Positions 38,635 to 49,407 are shown, numbered from the stretch's first letter. The stretch: 60,541 bases of DNA from an uncultured Chlorobiales bacterium (GCA_938003965.1 CALKXI010000053.1:1-60541); one strand, 5' to 3'. The notes: a model not told the origin generated them from the letters alone. Numbers and translations: made by a program.

Positions 38635-39942
38635 ATGGGACTGCAAGAATCTGTGCAATTCGTCATGGCGAAGTTGCCCGAAGTTTTTTCAGCAGAACGC
38701 GCCGACGTAACGACGACCGAATCGCTCAAATTTATCACCGCGCTTGGAGAAGTTGCGCTTGTATCTGCACCGCCTGCTCATCTTCAAGCGTCAATCCAAT
38801 CGGTTCATGGTGCATTGATGTCGGCATGTCAATCTTTGCCAGAGCGAGTGCAACAAGTGTGTAATTACACGCTGTTGGACACATTCAACTCGAGCCTTTG
38901 GACGCTTCATCGAAAAGCCGTGCAGAGCAAAACCGAAGAACACATCAATGCCACGATTACCTACCGATTTCTTTACGAGCAAAGGGTTGCGGGCATGTCG
39001 CTCATGCTCGATATGCTTGCTGATGTTGAAAAAACATCGGTGCGAGTCGGCAAAATCATGGAAAAACTAACCTTGCTCAAAGAAGATTTTGAGGCGTTCG
39101 ATGAAGAACTGATTTGGCATCACGCAATTTACGGCGAGAGCGTCGCTACACTTCGGTGGCAATTTGCAGATATGAATTTTTGGCTTGCGAATCTTGATGC
39201 GTGGAAACAGCGCGTTGGAGAAATTGAGCCGCGCTTGAAGTGGAAAGCAACGATTGAAAAACAGCGGTTCAAGAAATTTTTGCTCTCGCGAAAGTCGCCG
39301 AAGTTCAAAATTCCGTTTTATGTTGTGCCAAGCGTGATGAAGCCTATGCCCGAAAGCGAGATGCTCTCTGAAATTGAGCAGTATGAACAAGCACTGTTCA
39401 ATCACAAAACGCCCAAGCCGTTGCCTGAATTTGGCGGCGCGTCGCTTTATGCGCACTATGCGTTCTCTTGCTTGGAGCAGAACCAACCGCTGAGAGCCTT
39501 GGCAGTGTTTCGCAAAAACTTGATGCTGAACCTTAAAAACCCTGATGCGTGGATAAACTTAGGCGTTGGAAATTTTTTAGCGAACACGTTGCATCGCGCG
39601 AAATTTTGTTTCGAGAAAGCATACTCGCTTCGTGAAGATATTTTTACGACAAATGATTTAGCGGTGGTATATGCCTCGCTTGGCATGCGCGAAAAAGCCA
39701 AAAATCTTTGGAAAAAATATCTCAAAAATGAAACGGCGATTGAACCTACTTACAACATCGCGACGCTCTTGCTTGCAGAAAACAACTTGCTCGAGGCAGG
39801 CAAACTCTTTGAATGGTGCGGCGCGCACGATAAAGCACACGGAGAAACCGCGTTCAACATGGCGGTTGTGATGGAACGCGAAGCCAAAGATTTTTTAGCA
39901 GAACGCTATTTCGCATTAGCCGCAAAACTGGGCGTCAAATAA
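38635..39942 (+). CDS. hypothetical protein with C-terminal TPR repeats
   Basis: Start moved to ATG 38635 (MGLQESVQF...). The track TTG/ATG start at 38518 overlaps the divergent gene. TPR-like units lie in the last ~150 aa. Confidence 0.55.
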   Translation: MGLQESVQFVMAKLPEVFSAERADVTTTESLKFITALGEVALVSAPPAHLQASIQSVHGALMSACQSLPERVQQVCNYTLLDTFNSSLWTLHRKAVQSKTEEHINATITYRFLYEQRVAGMSLMLDMLADVEKTSVRVGKIMEKLTLLKEDFEAFDEELIWHHAIYGESVATLRWQFADMNFWLANLDAWKQRVGEIEPRLKWKATIEKQRFKKFLLSRKSPKFKIPFYVVPSVMKPMPESEMLSEIEQYEQALFNHKTPKPLPEFGGASLYAHYAFSCLEQNQPLRALAVFRKNLMLNLKNPDAWINLGVGNFLANTLHRAKFCFEKAYSLREDIFTTNDLAVVYASLGMREKAKNLWKKYLKNETAIEPTYNIATLLLAENNLLEAGKLFEWCGAHDKAHGETAFNMAVVMEREAKDFLAERYFALAAKLGVK

Positions 39943-39950
39943 TGATGTTC

Positions 39951-39981
39951 CAAACAAAAAGCCTGTCTCTATGGACAGGCT
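39951..39981 (-). terminator. intrinsic terminator downstream of hup (the hairpin is shared with the convergent + strand gene)
   Basis: Perfect 8-bp stem AGCCTGTC (39960-39967) / GACAGGCT (39974-39981). On the minus strand it is followed by TTTTTGTTTGG. Confidence 0.75.
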
Positions 39982-40025
39982 CTGCGAGATTTTCACACAA
40001 TCGTAAGCGATGCTTCTCTCAACGC

Positions 40026-40301
40026 TTACTTATTGACTGCCTTTCTGAGTTCACTTCCAGGCTTGAAGCGAGCAACTTTTTTCGCCTTGATTTTAATCTC
40101 TGCACCTGTTTTTGGGTTACGCCCTTTGCGAGCGGCGCGCTTGGTGACGCTGAATGTTCCGAACCCAATCAAGGTAACAGGCTCACCTTTTTTGAGCGAC
40201 GCCGTAACGCCACTAATAAATGAGTTGACGGATTTTTCGGCGGCGGCTTTCGAGATGCCTGCTTCTTTGGCAATTCTTTCTACTAAGTCGGCTTTTGACA
40301 T
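40026..40301 (-). CDS. hup: DNA-binding protein HU
   Basis: Start moved to ATG 40301 (91 aa: MSKADLVERIAKEAGISKAAAEK...GFGTFSVTKRAARKGRNPKTGAEIKI...). Confidence 0.9.
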   Translation of the reverse strand: MSKADLVERIAKEAGISKAAAEKSVNSFISGVTASLKKGEPVTLIGFGTFSVTKRAARKGRNPKTGAEIKIKAKKVARFKPGSELRKAVNK

Positions 40302-40557
40302 AATTGTCTGTAAGTTATGTTGTTGATGAATGAATAACCTTTCAAGAATCACGCTTGCAAGGTTGGGCGAAGATACAGAAAAAGCCGAACAATGCAAGAC
40401 CTGATAGCCTGAAACCCCTTGTAAAATAAAGCGATTTCGGTAGGAGGCTTCGTGTCAACTTGTTTTTGCGAATGAAGTTGCTTGTTTTATATTTATTGTC
40501 CTTTTTCAGATTACAGTATTTCAACACTTACAACGGCGATTTTCCAATCCAAGCATT

Positions 40558-41127
40558 ATGGCAACCACAAGTGATTTAGCAAAAGGAGTTATCGTTCGCT
40601 TCAACGGCGAACTTCACGTCTGCGAAGAAGTTGTTCATCGCACGCCTGGCAATCTTCGTGCGTTTTATCAAGTTAAGATGCGCAACTTGCGCCACGGGCG
40701 AATTGTGGAAAACCGATTTCGTTCTGGTGAAGAAGTCGAAGTTGTAGAAACAGAACGCAAAACTTTCCAATACCTTTACCGCGACGGCGACGACTTGGTG
40801 CTGATGGACCATGAAACCTTCGACCAAACCAATGTGCCTGTATCTGCTTTCGGCGAACAGGCAAAATTTCTCAAAGAATCTATGACCGTTGAAGTTGTTT
40901 ATGCCAGCGATGGCTCGATTGTTCAAGCCGAAACGCCAACCTTCGTCGAGCTCACCGTTACTGATACAAGTCCAACCACCAAAGATGAACGTGCAACGGC
41001 AAGCACCAAGCCGGCAATGCTTGAAACAGGCGCCGTGATTCAAGTGCCCATGTTCGTGCTTACAGGCGATGTTGTGCGCGTCGATACTCGCACAGGCGAA
41101 TATATTGATAGAGTCAACAAGAAATAA
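40558..41127 (+). CDS. efp: elongation factor P
   Basis: 189 aa. ...HRTPGNLRAFYQVKMRNL... and KPAMLETGAVIQVPMFV. Confidence 0.9.
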   Translation: MATTSDLAKGVIVRFNGELHVCEEVVHRTPGNLRAFYQVKMRNLRHGRIVENRFRSGEEVEVVETERKTFQYLYRDGDDLVLMDHETFDQTNVPVSAFGEQAKFLKESMTVEVVYASDGSIVQAETPTFVELTVTDTSPTTKDERATASTKPAMLETGAVIQVPMFVLTGDVVRVDTRTGEYIDRVNKK

Positions 41128-41223
41128 CTTCGCCAACGTCTGAAAGGGGAGGGAGTATCGGCTTTTGGCGTTGTTCTAACAACAACCTTTATTAAACCTT
41201 TGCAAAAAACTTTTGGAGGCGAG

Positions 41224-41715
41224 ATGAACCTCGATGACATACAACGACTGATAAAAATGGTCGATGAATCTGGTTTAGATGAAATGACCATTGAAGAAGG
41301 CGAGTTCAAGCTCACCTTGAAGAAGGCGGCAGAGTCGCCTGCGTCGCCTGCCGTGAGTGCGATGCCGATGATGGTGCCGCCTCAGTATTTCCCGCCACAA
41401 CAAGCGCAACTGCCACCAGCCCCGCCGCCTGTCCCTAAGCCGTCTGAAGCGCCACCTCCGCCTGTTGATGCTGGCAAGAAATACAAAGAAATTCGCTCGC
41501 CGATGGTCGGCACATTTTATCGCGCGCCCGCACCCGATGCTAACCCCTATGTGCAAGTTGGCGATACAATTACCAAAGGGAAAGTGCTGTGTATCATTGA
41601 AGCCATGAAACTCATGAACGAAATCGAGAGCGACGTCGATGGAAAAATCGTGAAGATTCTTGTCGAGAACGGCAAACCTGTCGAGTACGACCAAGTGCTC
41701 TTTTTAGTGGAGTAG
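41224..41715 (+). CDS. accB: acetyl-CoA carboxylase biotin carboxyl carrier protein
   Basis: Start set at ATG 41224, preceded by GGAGG. Pro/Ala-rich linker and biotinylation motif [11 protein letters not shown]. Confidence 0.9.
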   Translation: MNLDDIQRLIKMVDESGLDEMTIEEGEFKLTLKKAAESPASPAVSAMPMMVPPQYFPPQQAQLPPAPPPVPKPSEAPPPPVDAGKKYKEIRSPMVGTFYRAPAPDANPYVQVGDTITKGKVLCIIEAMKLMNEIESDVDGKIVKILVENGKPVEYDQVLFLVE

Positions 41716-41754
41716 CTGACTTGGCTCTCAAAGCCTAAACAACAAATTCTCTCG

Positions 41755-43098
41755 ATGTTCAAGAAAATTTTGATTGCAAATCGCGGCGAAATTGCTATGC
41801 GAATTATTCGCACATGCCGCGAAATGGGCATACAAACCGTTGCGGTTTATTCCACTGCCGATGCCGATTCACTCCACATCAAATATGCGGACGAAGCGGT
41901 CTGTATCGGTGCACCAATGAGCAAGGAAAGTTATCTCAATATCCCGCGCATCATTGCTGCTGCTGAAATCACGAACGCTGATGCCATTCACCCAGGCTAC
42001 GGTTTCCTGGCCGAAAATGCGGAGTTCTCTGAAATTTGCACTTCATCTGGCATTAAGTTCATCGGTCCTTCGCCTGAAATGATTCGTGCAATGGGCGACA
42101 AGAAAACTGCCAAAGAAACAGTCAAGCGCGTCAATGTGCCAACAGTTCCAGGCAGTGCCGGATTAGTTGAAGATTTGAACGAAGCCAAAGAAGTTGCTCG
42201 GCAAGTGGTCTATCCAATTATCATCAAAGCCACTGCGGGCGGTGGCGGTAAGGGCATGCGTGTAGTTCAGCGGGAAGAAGACTTAGAGAAAGCCTTTCAA
42301 ACGGCACGTAACGAAGCCGAAAAAGCCTTTGGCAATCCAGGCGTTTATATCGAGAAATTCGTCGAAGAGCCACGACATATTGAAATTCAAGTGTTAGGCG
42401 ACCAGCACGGAAATATCATTCACTTGGGGGAACGTGATTGCTCGGTTCAGCGTCGACATCAAAAGTTGATTGAAGAAGCACCTTCGCCTATTGTCAGCGA
42501 GGAACTACGTGCCGAAATGGGAGAAGCAGCCGTTGCAGCCGCAAAAGCCATCAACTATGAAGGCGCAGGAACAGTCGAGTTCCTTGTCGATAAGTATCGC
42601 AAGTTTTACTTTATGGAAATGAACACGCGCATTCAAGTCGAGCACCCTGTAACCGAAGAGGTTTGCGATATTGATTTAATCAAACAACAAATTTTAATCG
42701 CCACCGGCAAAAAAATTTCTACGCGCAAAGTTGTGCCGCACGGACACTCAATCGAGTGTCGTATTAACGCCGAAGACCCTGATAACGACTTCCGTCCCAG
42801 CCCTGGCGAATTAAAAGTTTTTCATACACCGGGCGGGCACGGCGTCAGAGTTGAGACCCATGCCTACGCAGGTTATCGTATTCCACCTTACTACGATTCT
42901 ATGATTGCTAAACTCATTGTTCATGCGCCTTCACGCGAAGAAGCCATCGAGCGCATGCTACGCGCCTTAGATGAGTTCATCGTTGAAGGTGTCAAAACCA
43001 CGATTCCACTTCACAAGAAAATCATGCAGTCTCAACTTTTCCGAAGTGGTCACTTCGATACCAGTTTCCTCGAAAAAGCTCGGCTGACGAAGGGGTAA
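41755..43098 (+). CDS. accC: acetyl-CoA carboxylase biotin carboxylase subunit
   Basis: 447 aa. [41 protein letters not shown]. Confidence 0.95.
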   Translation: MFKKILIANRGEIAMRIIRTCREMGIQTVAVYSTADADSLHIKYADEAVCIGAPMSKESYLNIPRIIAAAEITNADAIHPGYGFLAENAEFSEICTSSGIKFIGPSPEMIRAMGDKKTAKETVKRVNVPTVPGSAGLVEDLNEAKEVARQVVYPIIIKATAGGGGKGMRVVQREEDLEKAFQTARNEAEKAFGNPGVYIEKFVEEPRHIEIQVLGDQHGNIIHLGERDCSVQRRHQKLIEEAPSPIVSEELRAEMGEAAVAAAKAINYEGAGTVEFLVDKYRKFYFMEMNTRIQVEHPVTEEVCDIDLIKQQILIATGKKISTRKVVPHGHSIECRINAEDPDNDFRPSPGELKVFHTPGGHGVRVETHAYAGYRIPPYYDSMIAKLIVHAPSREEAIERMLRALDEFIVEGVKTTIPLHKKIMQSQLFRSGHFDTSFLEKARLTKG

Positions 43099-43153
43099 TC
43101 CACAGGATAAATTCTCTCTACATTTTCGTTCATTACAGCAAGTTGCATAGGCT

Positions 43154-43651
43154 TTACGTTCTCTCTGTTAAATCTTTTTCCAAGAGCCACTCGTCGCAGA
43201 GGGGGATTCCGTATTCGCCTGTAAGTTGAATCGTTGGATTTTGTTTTCGTCGCGCTTCAATCGCGCCGACTCGAACCTCTGTGAGGTGAAACGCGCGTTT
43301 TTGTAAAAAGCGAAGCGCATTGAGATTATCGTTGGTTATGATACACTGCAATTTCTTGCACGCTTTCCTGCTTGCTTCGGACTCGAGATGTTTGAGCAAA
43401 GACTCTCCAACCCCCATACGCTTGCGGCTGACATGGAAGCTGACGATATGGCACACGTCGTTCTGATATTGATACACGACCAATCCAGTCGGCTCACCGT
43501 CTACTTCTGCAATAAACGCAGGCAGTTTGAGGATATCGTTTATCGCATCACGGTCAAGGGAAGTATGCGCATAGATGGATTGCTGTTTAAGAAAGTTCGC
43601 TGCCCATTCGGCATCGGCGGCAGTTTTAGGACGAATTTGTATTGAATCCAT
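43154..43651 (-). CDS. GNAT-family N-acetyltransferase
   Basis: 165 aa. GNAT core (HVSRKRMGVGESLL...LRFLQKRAF). Confidence 0.7.
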   Translation of the reverse strand: MDSIQIRPKTAADAEWAANFLKQQSIYAHTSLDRDAINDILKLPAFIAEVDGEPTGLVVYQYQNDVCHIVSFHVSRKRMGVGESLLKHLESEASRKACKKLQCIITNDNLNALRFLQKRAFHLTEVRVGAIEARRKQNPTIQLTGEYGIPLCDEWLLEKDLTERT

Positions 43652-43703
43652 GTGCTGTATGTTGTCTGAGTTGATGAAGGCGTGTTTGATCTAATGAGAA
43701 AAT

Positions 43704-44891
43704 CTAACGGCATTTTATCGCCAGAATGGTGGAGTCGTCGCGCAAGGGCATGTTCGCTCTGAACGCAGCCAGCGTGGTTGAAAGCGTTTCATAAAGTTCT
43801 CTTGCTGAGAGGGAATGTGGTGCAGTTTTGAACCACTCCACCACGCGCTCGATTTGAAATTCTTCGCCGCTGTTATTGACCGTTTCATTCACGCCGTCGC
43901 TGAACAAAAGGAATCGGTCGCCGTGGTTAAAGCTATATGTTTCTACGGGGAAAGCGGCATTGTGCCGAAGTCCAAGTGCAATTGCTTTTGGTTTGAGCAG
44001 GCGCACGTTGTCCTGATGTATCTGATGAAAAAGAATCGGCAAATGCCCTGCATTGGCAGTTGAGAAGGTCTTTGTACGGAAATCGAGCAACAGGCATGCG
44101 AAACTGACGAACATTTTTGGGCGCGAGTTGTCGCAAATGTCGTTGTTAAGCTCGCGCATTAGTTTTTCAAGCGTGGTGAAGTGGCGCAGTTCAGCACGGA
44201 AGGCGGCTTTGGTAATCGCCATCAACAGACCTGCGGCCACATTATGTCCCGAAACATCGCCGACTGCCACAATCAATCGCCCGTCGTTCAGCCAAAATGC
44301 GTCGTAGTAGTCGCCGCCGACTTCGGTTGCAAATTCACTTTTGCCATAGAGTTCGACCACACTGGTTTGGATATTGAGCGTCGGCAAAAAATCTTTCTGT
44401 ATGGACTGCGCCAAATCGATTTCCGCGTCAAGTTTTGACTTTTCCTCGACAACCGAGCGAATGACATCATTCCACATCGAGCCGCTTGTGGCAATCAAGA
44501 TGAGCGTCGTGATTGCCAGCGCAAACGAGAGCCAATCGAAGGATTCCATAGCGTGTGTATTCATCGCGCTCGCTACGCCTATGTAGCCAACAAACAGAAA
44601 CGAGAGCGGAAAAGTGAGCCAAAAAAAACGACGCACGCTCGGAAAGAGAATCATTGAGAAGGTTAGCCCTGAAATGACTGCCCCAAACGCATACAGCACA
44701 ATCAAGGTTTGATACGTCAAAAGGGAGTTGAGCATAAGGTGAAGCAGAAAGAGCACCATAAACGACGAAATGAATGTAGCAGTCGCCGCAGTCGCACGAA
44801 CTTTCAGTGGCAGGGTGAAAAAGAACTCATACTTTTTCAGCAGTTGCTCGTTGAAATTTGAAACGAAAAACTGTTTAGGTGATGCGCTCAT
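43704..44891 (-). CDS. membrane-anchored PP2C/SpoIIE-family serine phosphatase
   Basis: 395 aa. About five N-terminal TM helices and a C-terminal SpoIIE domain (GGDYYDAF, GDVSGHNVAAGLLM, LFSDGVNE). Starts 3 nt after the lnt stop. Confidence 0.8.
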   Translation of the reverse strand: MSASPKQFFVSNFNEQLLKKYEFFFTLPLKVRATAATATFISSFMVLFLLHLMLNSLLTYQTLIVLYAFGAVISGLTFSMILFPSVRRFFWLTFPLSFLFVGYIGVASAMNTHAMESFDWLSFALAITTLILIATSGSMWNDVIRSVVEEKSKLDAEIDLAQSIQKDFLPTLNIQTSVVELYGKSEFATEVGGDYYDAFWLNDGRLIVAVGDVSGHNVAAGLLMAITKAAFRAELRHFTTLEKLMRELNNDICDNSRPKMFVSFACLLLDFRTKTFSTANAGHLPILFHQIHQDNVRLLKPKAIALGLRHNAAFPVETYSFNHGDRFLLFSDGVNETVNNSGEEFQIERVVEWFKTAPHSLSARELYETLSTTLAAFRANMPLRDDSTILAIKCR

Positions 44892-44894
44892 CTC

Positions 44895-46577
44895 TTAAAG
44901 AATTTCCGATTGTTTTCGCACTGCACCAAAAAGGGTTGCAATGCCAGCAAGGATTGAGACCATCAAACATCCTTTCGGAAACCAATCGGTGTGGCGCACA
45001 TAAACACTTTCGTCATCATAAAGTTCAATTTCTTCAACCGTGTAGGCTTCTTTCCACCACTCGATTTCGCCATATGGTCGTCCGTATCGATCGATGAAGA
45101 GCGAGACGCCTGTATTGGCAGAGCGCGCCATGGAACGGCGAGTTTCAATGCAACGCAACTTTGCAAATGCGGCATGCTGATACGGTCCGTAAGATTTTGA
45201 AAACCATCCGTCGTTGGTAATCACTGTCAGCATCGTTGCGCCGCGTCTTACAAACTCAGCTGCAAAGGCAGGATAAATCGATTCGTAACAAATCAGCCCT
45301 GTTACTTGAACTTTCTTGTTAGACTTTGTGATAAATGAAAAGTTCAGCGTGTCTTTGCCAACGCCCCAACTTGAAATGCCTGCTACGGCAAATGTTGCCG
45401 ACGAGAAGAACGGCAGATATTGCATATATGGCACGCGCTCGGCAAACGGAACGAGTTTCATTTTGTGGTAGACTTGCGCGTTGCCGTTTGAGTCGAGAAG
45501 CATAGCAGAGTTGAAGGTGTCGTAGTATTGCTGTGCGTTTCGGTCGTATTTTGCGCCGAACTGTCGCTGGGTGCTGTCGGCGTAATAGGTTGCATCAGAA
45601 AATCCTGTGAGCAAGGGCGCGCCCCATCGTGCAATGCTCGTTCGCAATCGCTCCCATGCTTCTGAGCCGCGTTGATACAAAATGAAATACGGAATCGCCG
45701 TTTCGGGCCACACCACCAAATCCACACCGCTGCGAGCCGCCAAATCACTAAGCGCAATGTGCTTTTCCAACACGGCTCGCCGATTTGAGTTTTCCCACTT
45801 CGCAAACGGGTCGATGTTCGGCTGAATTACAGCTACTCGAATTGTGCCAACAGGTTCGGGCTTCGGCGCAATAAACACAAACGCAGAGTAGAGCAACGGG
45901 AATACAAACATCGCACACAGGGCAATTGCGTAGTGCCGTGAAGCGCGAGGGTCGTTTATCGTTTCAAGCAGTTTAATGAACAGCACATTCAAGAAAGCAA
46001 TCCAGAAACTCACTGCCCAAACGCCAAAGAGGTCGATGTATTGAATAAACCACCAGAGATTGGCGTGTGAGTTTCCGAGCGTAATCCAACCGAATGAAAT
46101 TTCCAAATCGAGGTAAATCCACTCCCACGCCGTCCAAAAAAACGGAAAGAGCCACAAGGCACGATTCCATCCGAATGCTTTTCTGACAAAGAAAAAGCCG
46201 ATGAAAGGAATGGTCATGAAAAAGGTTTGTGCGAAATACATCAAGAACCCGCCAAGAAAGGTCGAGAGCGCAACCCACCACACGGAGACGAGCGTGAAGC
46301 AAAGAAGCGAAAGATAGGTTGTGCGAAAATATGCTCCGAATTTTTCTACCGTTTTTAGATGCAAGAGAATCGGAACGAAGCCAATCCAAGCAAGGAATGG
46401 TGCGTGAAAGAAAGGATACATCACGAAGGATAAGCCAAGCAGCGCTCCGCCCAAAAGCGCGGCACGAAAAGAGGACAGTTTTTTTACAGAAAGGAAAGAA
46501 GCATGCATTGATGCAGTTGTTCTGAAATGCGCGCTGATGTGGTTGGAAACGACTATTTCGTCTCTTTGTTTTTGCAA
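44895..46577 (-). CDS. lnt: apolipoprotein N-acyltransferase
   Basis: Multi-TM N-terminus plus a CN-hydrolase domain (VVWPETAIP, catalytic Cys in GLICYES). The true start may be the internal ATG at 46508 (MHASFLSV...). Confidence 0.85.
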   Translation of the reverse strand: MQKQRDEIVVSNHISAHFRTTASMHASFLSVKKLSSFRAALLGGALLGLSFVMYPFFHAPFLAWIGFVPILLHLKTVEKFGAYFRTTYLSLLCFTLVSVWWVALSTFLGGFLMYFAQTFFMTIPFIGFFFVRKAFGWNRALWLFPFFWTAWEWIYLDLEISFGWITLGNSHANLWWFIQYIDLFGVWAVSFWIAFLNVLFIKLLETINDPRASRHYAIALCAMFVFPLLYSAFVFIAPKPEPVGTIRVAVIQPNIDPFAKWENSNRRAVLEKHIALSDLAARSGVDLVVWPETAIPYFILYQRGSEAWERLRTSIARWGAPLLTGFSDATYYADSTQRQFGAKYDRNAQQYYDTFNSAMLLDSNGNAQVYHKMKLVPFAERVPYMQYLPFFSSATFAVAGISSWGVGKDTLNFSFITKSNKKVQVTGLICYESIYPAFAAEFVRRGATMLTVITNDGWFSKSYGPYQHAAFAKLRCIETRRSMARSANTGVSLFIDRYGRPYGEIEWWKEAYTVEEIELYDDESVYVRHTDWFPKGCLMVSILAGIATLFGAVRKQSEIL

Positions 46578-46751
46578 AAATACGAAAAATCTGTTGAAGA
46601 AAGGACAACGGAAATGTTAAGTTTTCAGCGAATCAAAAACGCTCAAGAGGCTCGAAGTCAACTCTGGTAAGTTCAAGTGAAGTGAAGGTAGCCAGTGAGC
46701 GGTCAAGCGGCATGAAAGTTTTTATTTAATTCAGCAAACAGGAGAATAATT

Positions 46752-47858
46752 ATGGCTCTCTTTGGTGCAGCAGAAGCGACTATCGCTCGCTCTGATTACG
46801 AAATCGTCCTCGAAGGCGGTACAAGCACATGGGGCAAGTTAAAAGCCCGTGCTACGATTAATGTTACGCCCGCAATTCCCCTTCTGCCAACAGATTTGAA
46901 TATCAAACTCAAATGCAAGCCGATTGGTGACAGCAAAGATGTAGTACGGTTTTCATGCTTGATTGAAACGGTTGTTGATAGCACCGTCAAGAAACTTACA
47001 GTTGAAGCCGACATTGCTAACGAATCGGAAGAACGTCGCGTTGCCGTTGGCGATGGGGTCGTAACCGTAGGAGACTTTTCGCACGCTTTCTCGTTTGAAG
47101 GCTCAGTCGTAAACTTGTATTACTATAAATCCGACGTCATTCGCCGCAACATTCCGAACCCGCGATACCTGCAAGGGCGACAGTTCCACGACATTCTGAT
47201 GAAGATTCCGCTTGAAAACGACGACCTTATACAAACATGGGAAGCCACACTTTCAAGCATTCGAAATTCAGGACCGAACTTCGGCGACTGGATTCGTGAC
47301 TTCTGGTTCATTGGTCCTGCACGCAACGCCCTTGATGAAGGCGGACAACGTATCTCCAATTTGGAAGTTGTCAGTATCGGCACACAAGGCACGCCCGAAG
47401 AGCCACTCGGCGTTTCCAACTGGAGATTCTCTAATGCAGGGTCCGGTGTTGTCGATGCGATTTCCCGTTGGGTTGAACTCTTCCCTGTCGAAAAGCTGCT
47501 CGGACGTGAAGCAGGAGTTGAAGCCTCGTTCCGTTCCGACTCGCAGGGAATTGAAGTGAAGGCGGACGGCAACTTACCCGGCATCTCCATTGATGCAGGT
47601 GGCGGTCTGCGCCGCATACTTAATCACCCACTCATTCCCATTATCCACCACGGCATCGTCGGCAAATACAACGAGTTCCGTGTGGATACGCAGCTGACCA
47701 TCACATTGCCGCCCGGCTTCAAAATTCGTTACGCCGCACCGCAGTATCGAACTCAAGTCGGCGAAACTTACAAATGGTATGGAGGCACCTACGCCAAATG
47801 GGTCGAGCACATCTGCAAAGGCGGAACAGGACAATTTGAAGTCCTTTACGCACAATAA
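46752..47858 (+). CDS. fmoA: Fenna-Matthews-Olson bacteriochlorophyll a protein
   Basis: 368 aa, collinear over its full length with the FMO sequence I recall from Chlorobaculum tepidum. Shared blocks include MALFG...SDYEIVLEGG, GDFSH.FSFEGSVVNL.YY, GRQFHDILMK.PL, DWIRDFWFIGPA, GGLRRILNHPLIP, RYAAPQYR and WVEH.CKGG.GQFE.LYAQ. SD CAGGAG lies upstream. Confidence 0.95.
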   Translation: MALFGAAEATIARSDYEIVLEGGTSTWGKLKARATINVTPAIPLLPTDLNIKLKCKPIGDSKDVVRFSCLIETVVDSTVKKLTVEADIANESEERRVAVGDGVVTVGDFSHAFSFEGSVVNLYYYKSDVIRRNIPNPRYLQGRQFHDILMKIPLENDDLIQTWEATLSSIRNSGPNFGDWIRDFWFIGPARNALDEGGQRISNLEVVSIGTQGTPEEPLGVSNWRFSNAGSGVVDAISRWVELFPVEKLLGREAGVEASFRSDSQGIEVKADGNLPGISIDAGGGLRRILNHPLIPIIHHGIVGKYNEFRVDTQLTITLPPGFKIRYAAPQYRTQVGETYKWYGGTYAKWVEHICKGGTGQFEVLYAQ

Positions 47859-48027
47859 TGCGCAGTCGCGTTGCTCGCTCGAGAGTTGTTGTTCACATAG
47901 CGGAAACGGGTGATGCCGTCCGCACCACAGCGCGATGAAACACTCGCACCAGACATCTGCCCGAAAAAAAGGCGCGTGCACCTGAGAAAAGGGCTTCCCG
48001 AAAAAGGGAAAAAGATAATTCGCACGA

Positions 48028-48058
48028 AGACCGAATGGACGCATTCGGTCTTTTTATT
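48028..48058 (+). terminator. intrinsic terminator about 170 nt downstream of fmoA
   Basis: 10-bp stem AGACCGAATG (48028-48037) / CATTCGGTCT (48042-48051) with a 4-nt loop, followed by TTTTTATTT. Confidence 0.85.
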
Positions 48059-48159
48059 TATATCCGAAATATCGCGCAAGTTTGTATCACACATCAAATT
48101 TCCACATTTTTGAGCACGTCCACGCAAACAAGAACTAAAACCATAACAACACTGCTCAC

Positions 48160-49407
48160 ATGCCGCACCTCGACCTCTTCAGTTTGCTTGCCATCATTAC
48201 CGTTGTCAGCGCGATTTTTTCTTACATCAACATTCGCTTCCTCCGACTGCCCAACACGATTGGCTTAATGGCACTTGCGCTCTCGCTCTCGCTTGTCCTC
48301 ATTGTGCTCGGCAAAGTCAATCCGACCGTTTTGGACTTGGTAACTGGAATTATGAACCGCGTGGATTTTTCCGAAATCGTGCTGGAAGTGATGCTGAGCT
48401 TTCTCTTGTTTGCAGGCGCGTTGCACGTCGATATGAACAAACTTTCCGAACAAAAGTGGGTGATTTTTTCGCTTGCAACGGTCGGCGTGGTGCTTTCTAC
48501 CTTCATTTTAGGCACGCTCTTTTTTTATGCCTGCAAACTCTTCGGCTATCCCGTGCCGTATCTTTACGCCTTGCTTCTGGGCGCGCTCATTTCGCCAACC
48601 GACCCGATTGCCGTGCTCGGCATCTTGAAAGAAGCCAAAGTGCCAAAGAACATTGAAATGGCTATTACAGGCGAATCGCTCTTCAACGACGGCGTGGGCG
48701 TGGTTGTCTTTCTCTCGATTCTTGAAATCGCGAAGTTCGGCGCAACCGAAGCCACCGTGAGCGATACAGCGATTCTCTTTGCAAAAGAAGTCTTCGGCGG
48801 AATCGGACTGGGACTACTCTTTGGGTGGCTTACTTACAAACTGATGAAGTCCATTGACCACTACCAAACCGAAGTCTTGCTTTCGCTCGGGCTGGTGATG
48901 GGCATTTACGCGCTTGCGCTTGCGTTGCACTTTTCCGCACCGCTTGCCGTTGTGGCATGCGGCTTGTTCATTGGCAACACAGGACGAAACAATGCGATGA
49001 GCGAACAAACGCTCGTCTATCTCGATAAATTTTGGGAACTCGTTGATGAATTTATGAACGCCGTGCTCTTCGTGTTAATCGGCTTTGAAATTGTGTTGCT
49101 CACCTTTATCGGCAAATACTTTTGGCTTGGCATCATTACGATTTTCATTTCGCTCTTGGCGCGTTGGGTTGCTGTTTCAACGCCGCTCTTCGTGCTGCGC
49201 TCGCGCACGAACTTCATTCCGAAAGTCGACTGGATTCTCACTTGGGGCGGATTGCGCGGCGGAATTTCCATCGCCCTTGCGCTCTCGATTCCTGCCGACA
49301 TGAATCGCGAAGTGATTTTATCGGTAACTTACATCATTGTGATTTTCTCAATTCTCGTTCAAGGCTTAACGCTTGGTAAATTGGTTAAACGACTAAACCC
49401 TGCATGA
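48160..49407 (+). CDS. Na+/H+ antiporter, CPA1 (NhaP-type)
   Basis: 415 aa, multi-TM, with the conserved ISPTDPIAVLGIL and ESLFNDGVGVV blocks. Confidence 0.8.
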   Translation: MPHLDLFSLLAIITVVSAIFSYINIRFLRLPNTIGLMALALSLSLVLIVLGKVNPTVLDLVTGIMNRVDFSEIVLEVMLSFLLFAGALHVDMNKLSEQKWVIFSLATVGVVLSTFILGTLFFYACKLFGYPVPYLYALLLGALISPTDPIAVLGILKEAKVPKNIEMAITGESLFNDGVGVVVFLSILEIAKFGATEATVSDTAILFAKEVFGGIGLGLLFGWLTYKLMKSIDHYQTEVLLSLGLVMGIYALALALHFSAPLAVVACGLFIGNTGRNNAMSEQTLVYLDKFWELVDEFMNAVLFVLIGFEIVLLTFIGKYFWLGIITIFISLLARWVAVSTPLFVLRSRTNFIPKVDWILTWGGLRGGISIALALSIPADMNREVILSVTYIIVIFSILVQGLTLGKLVKRLNPA

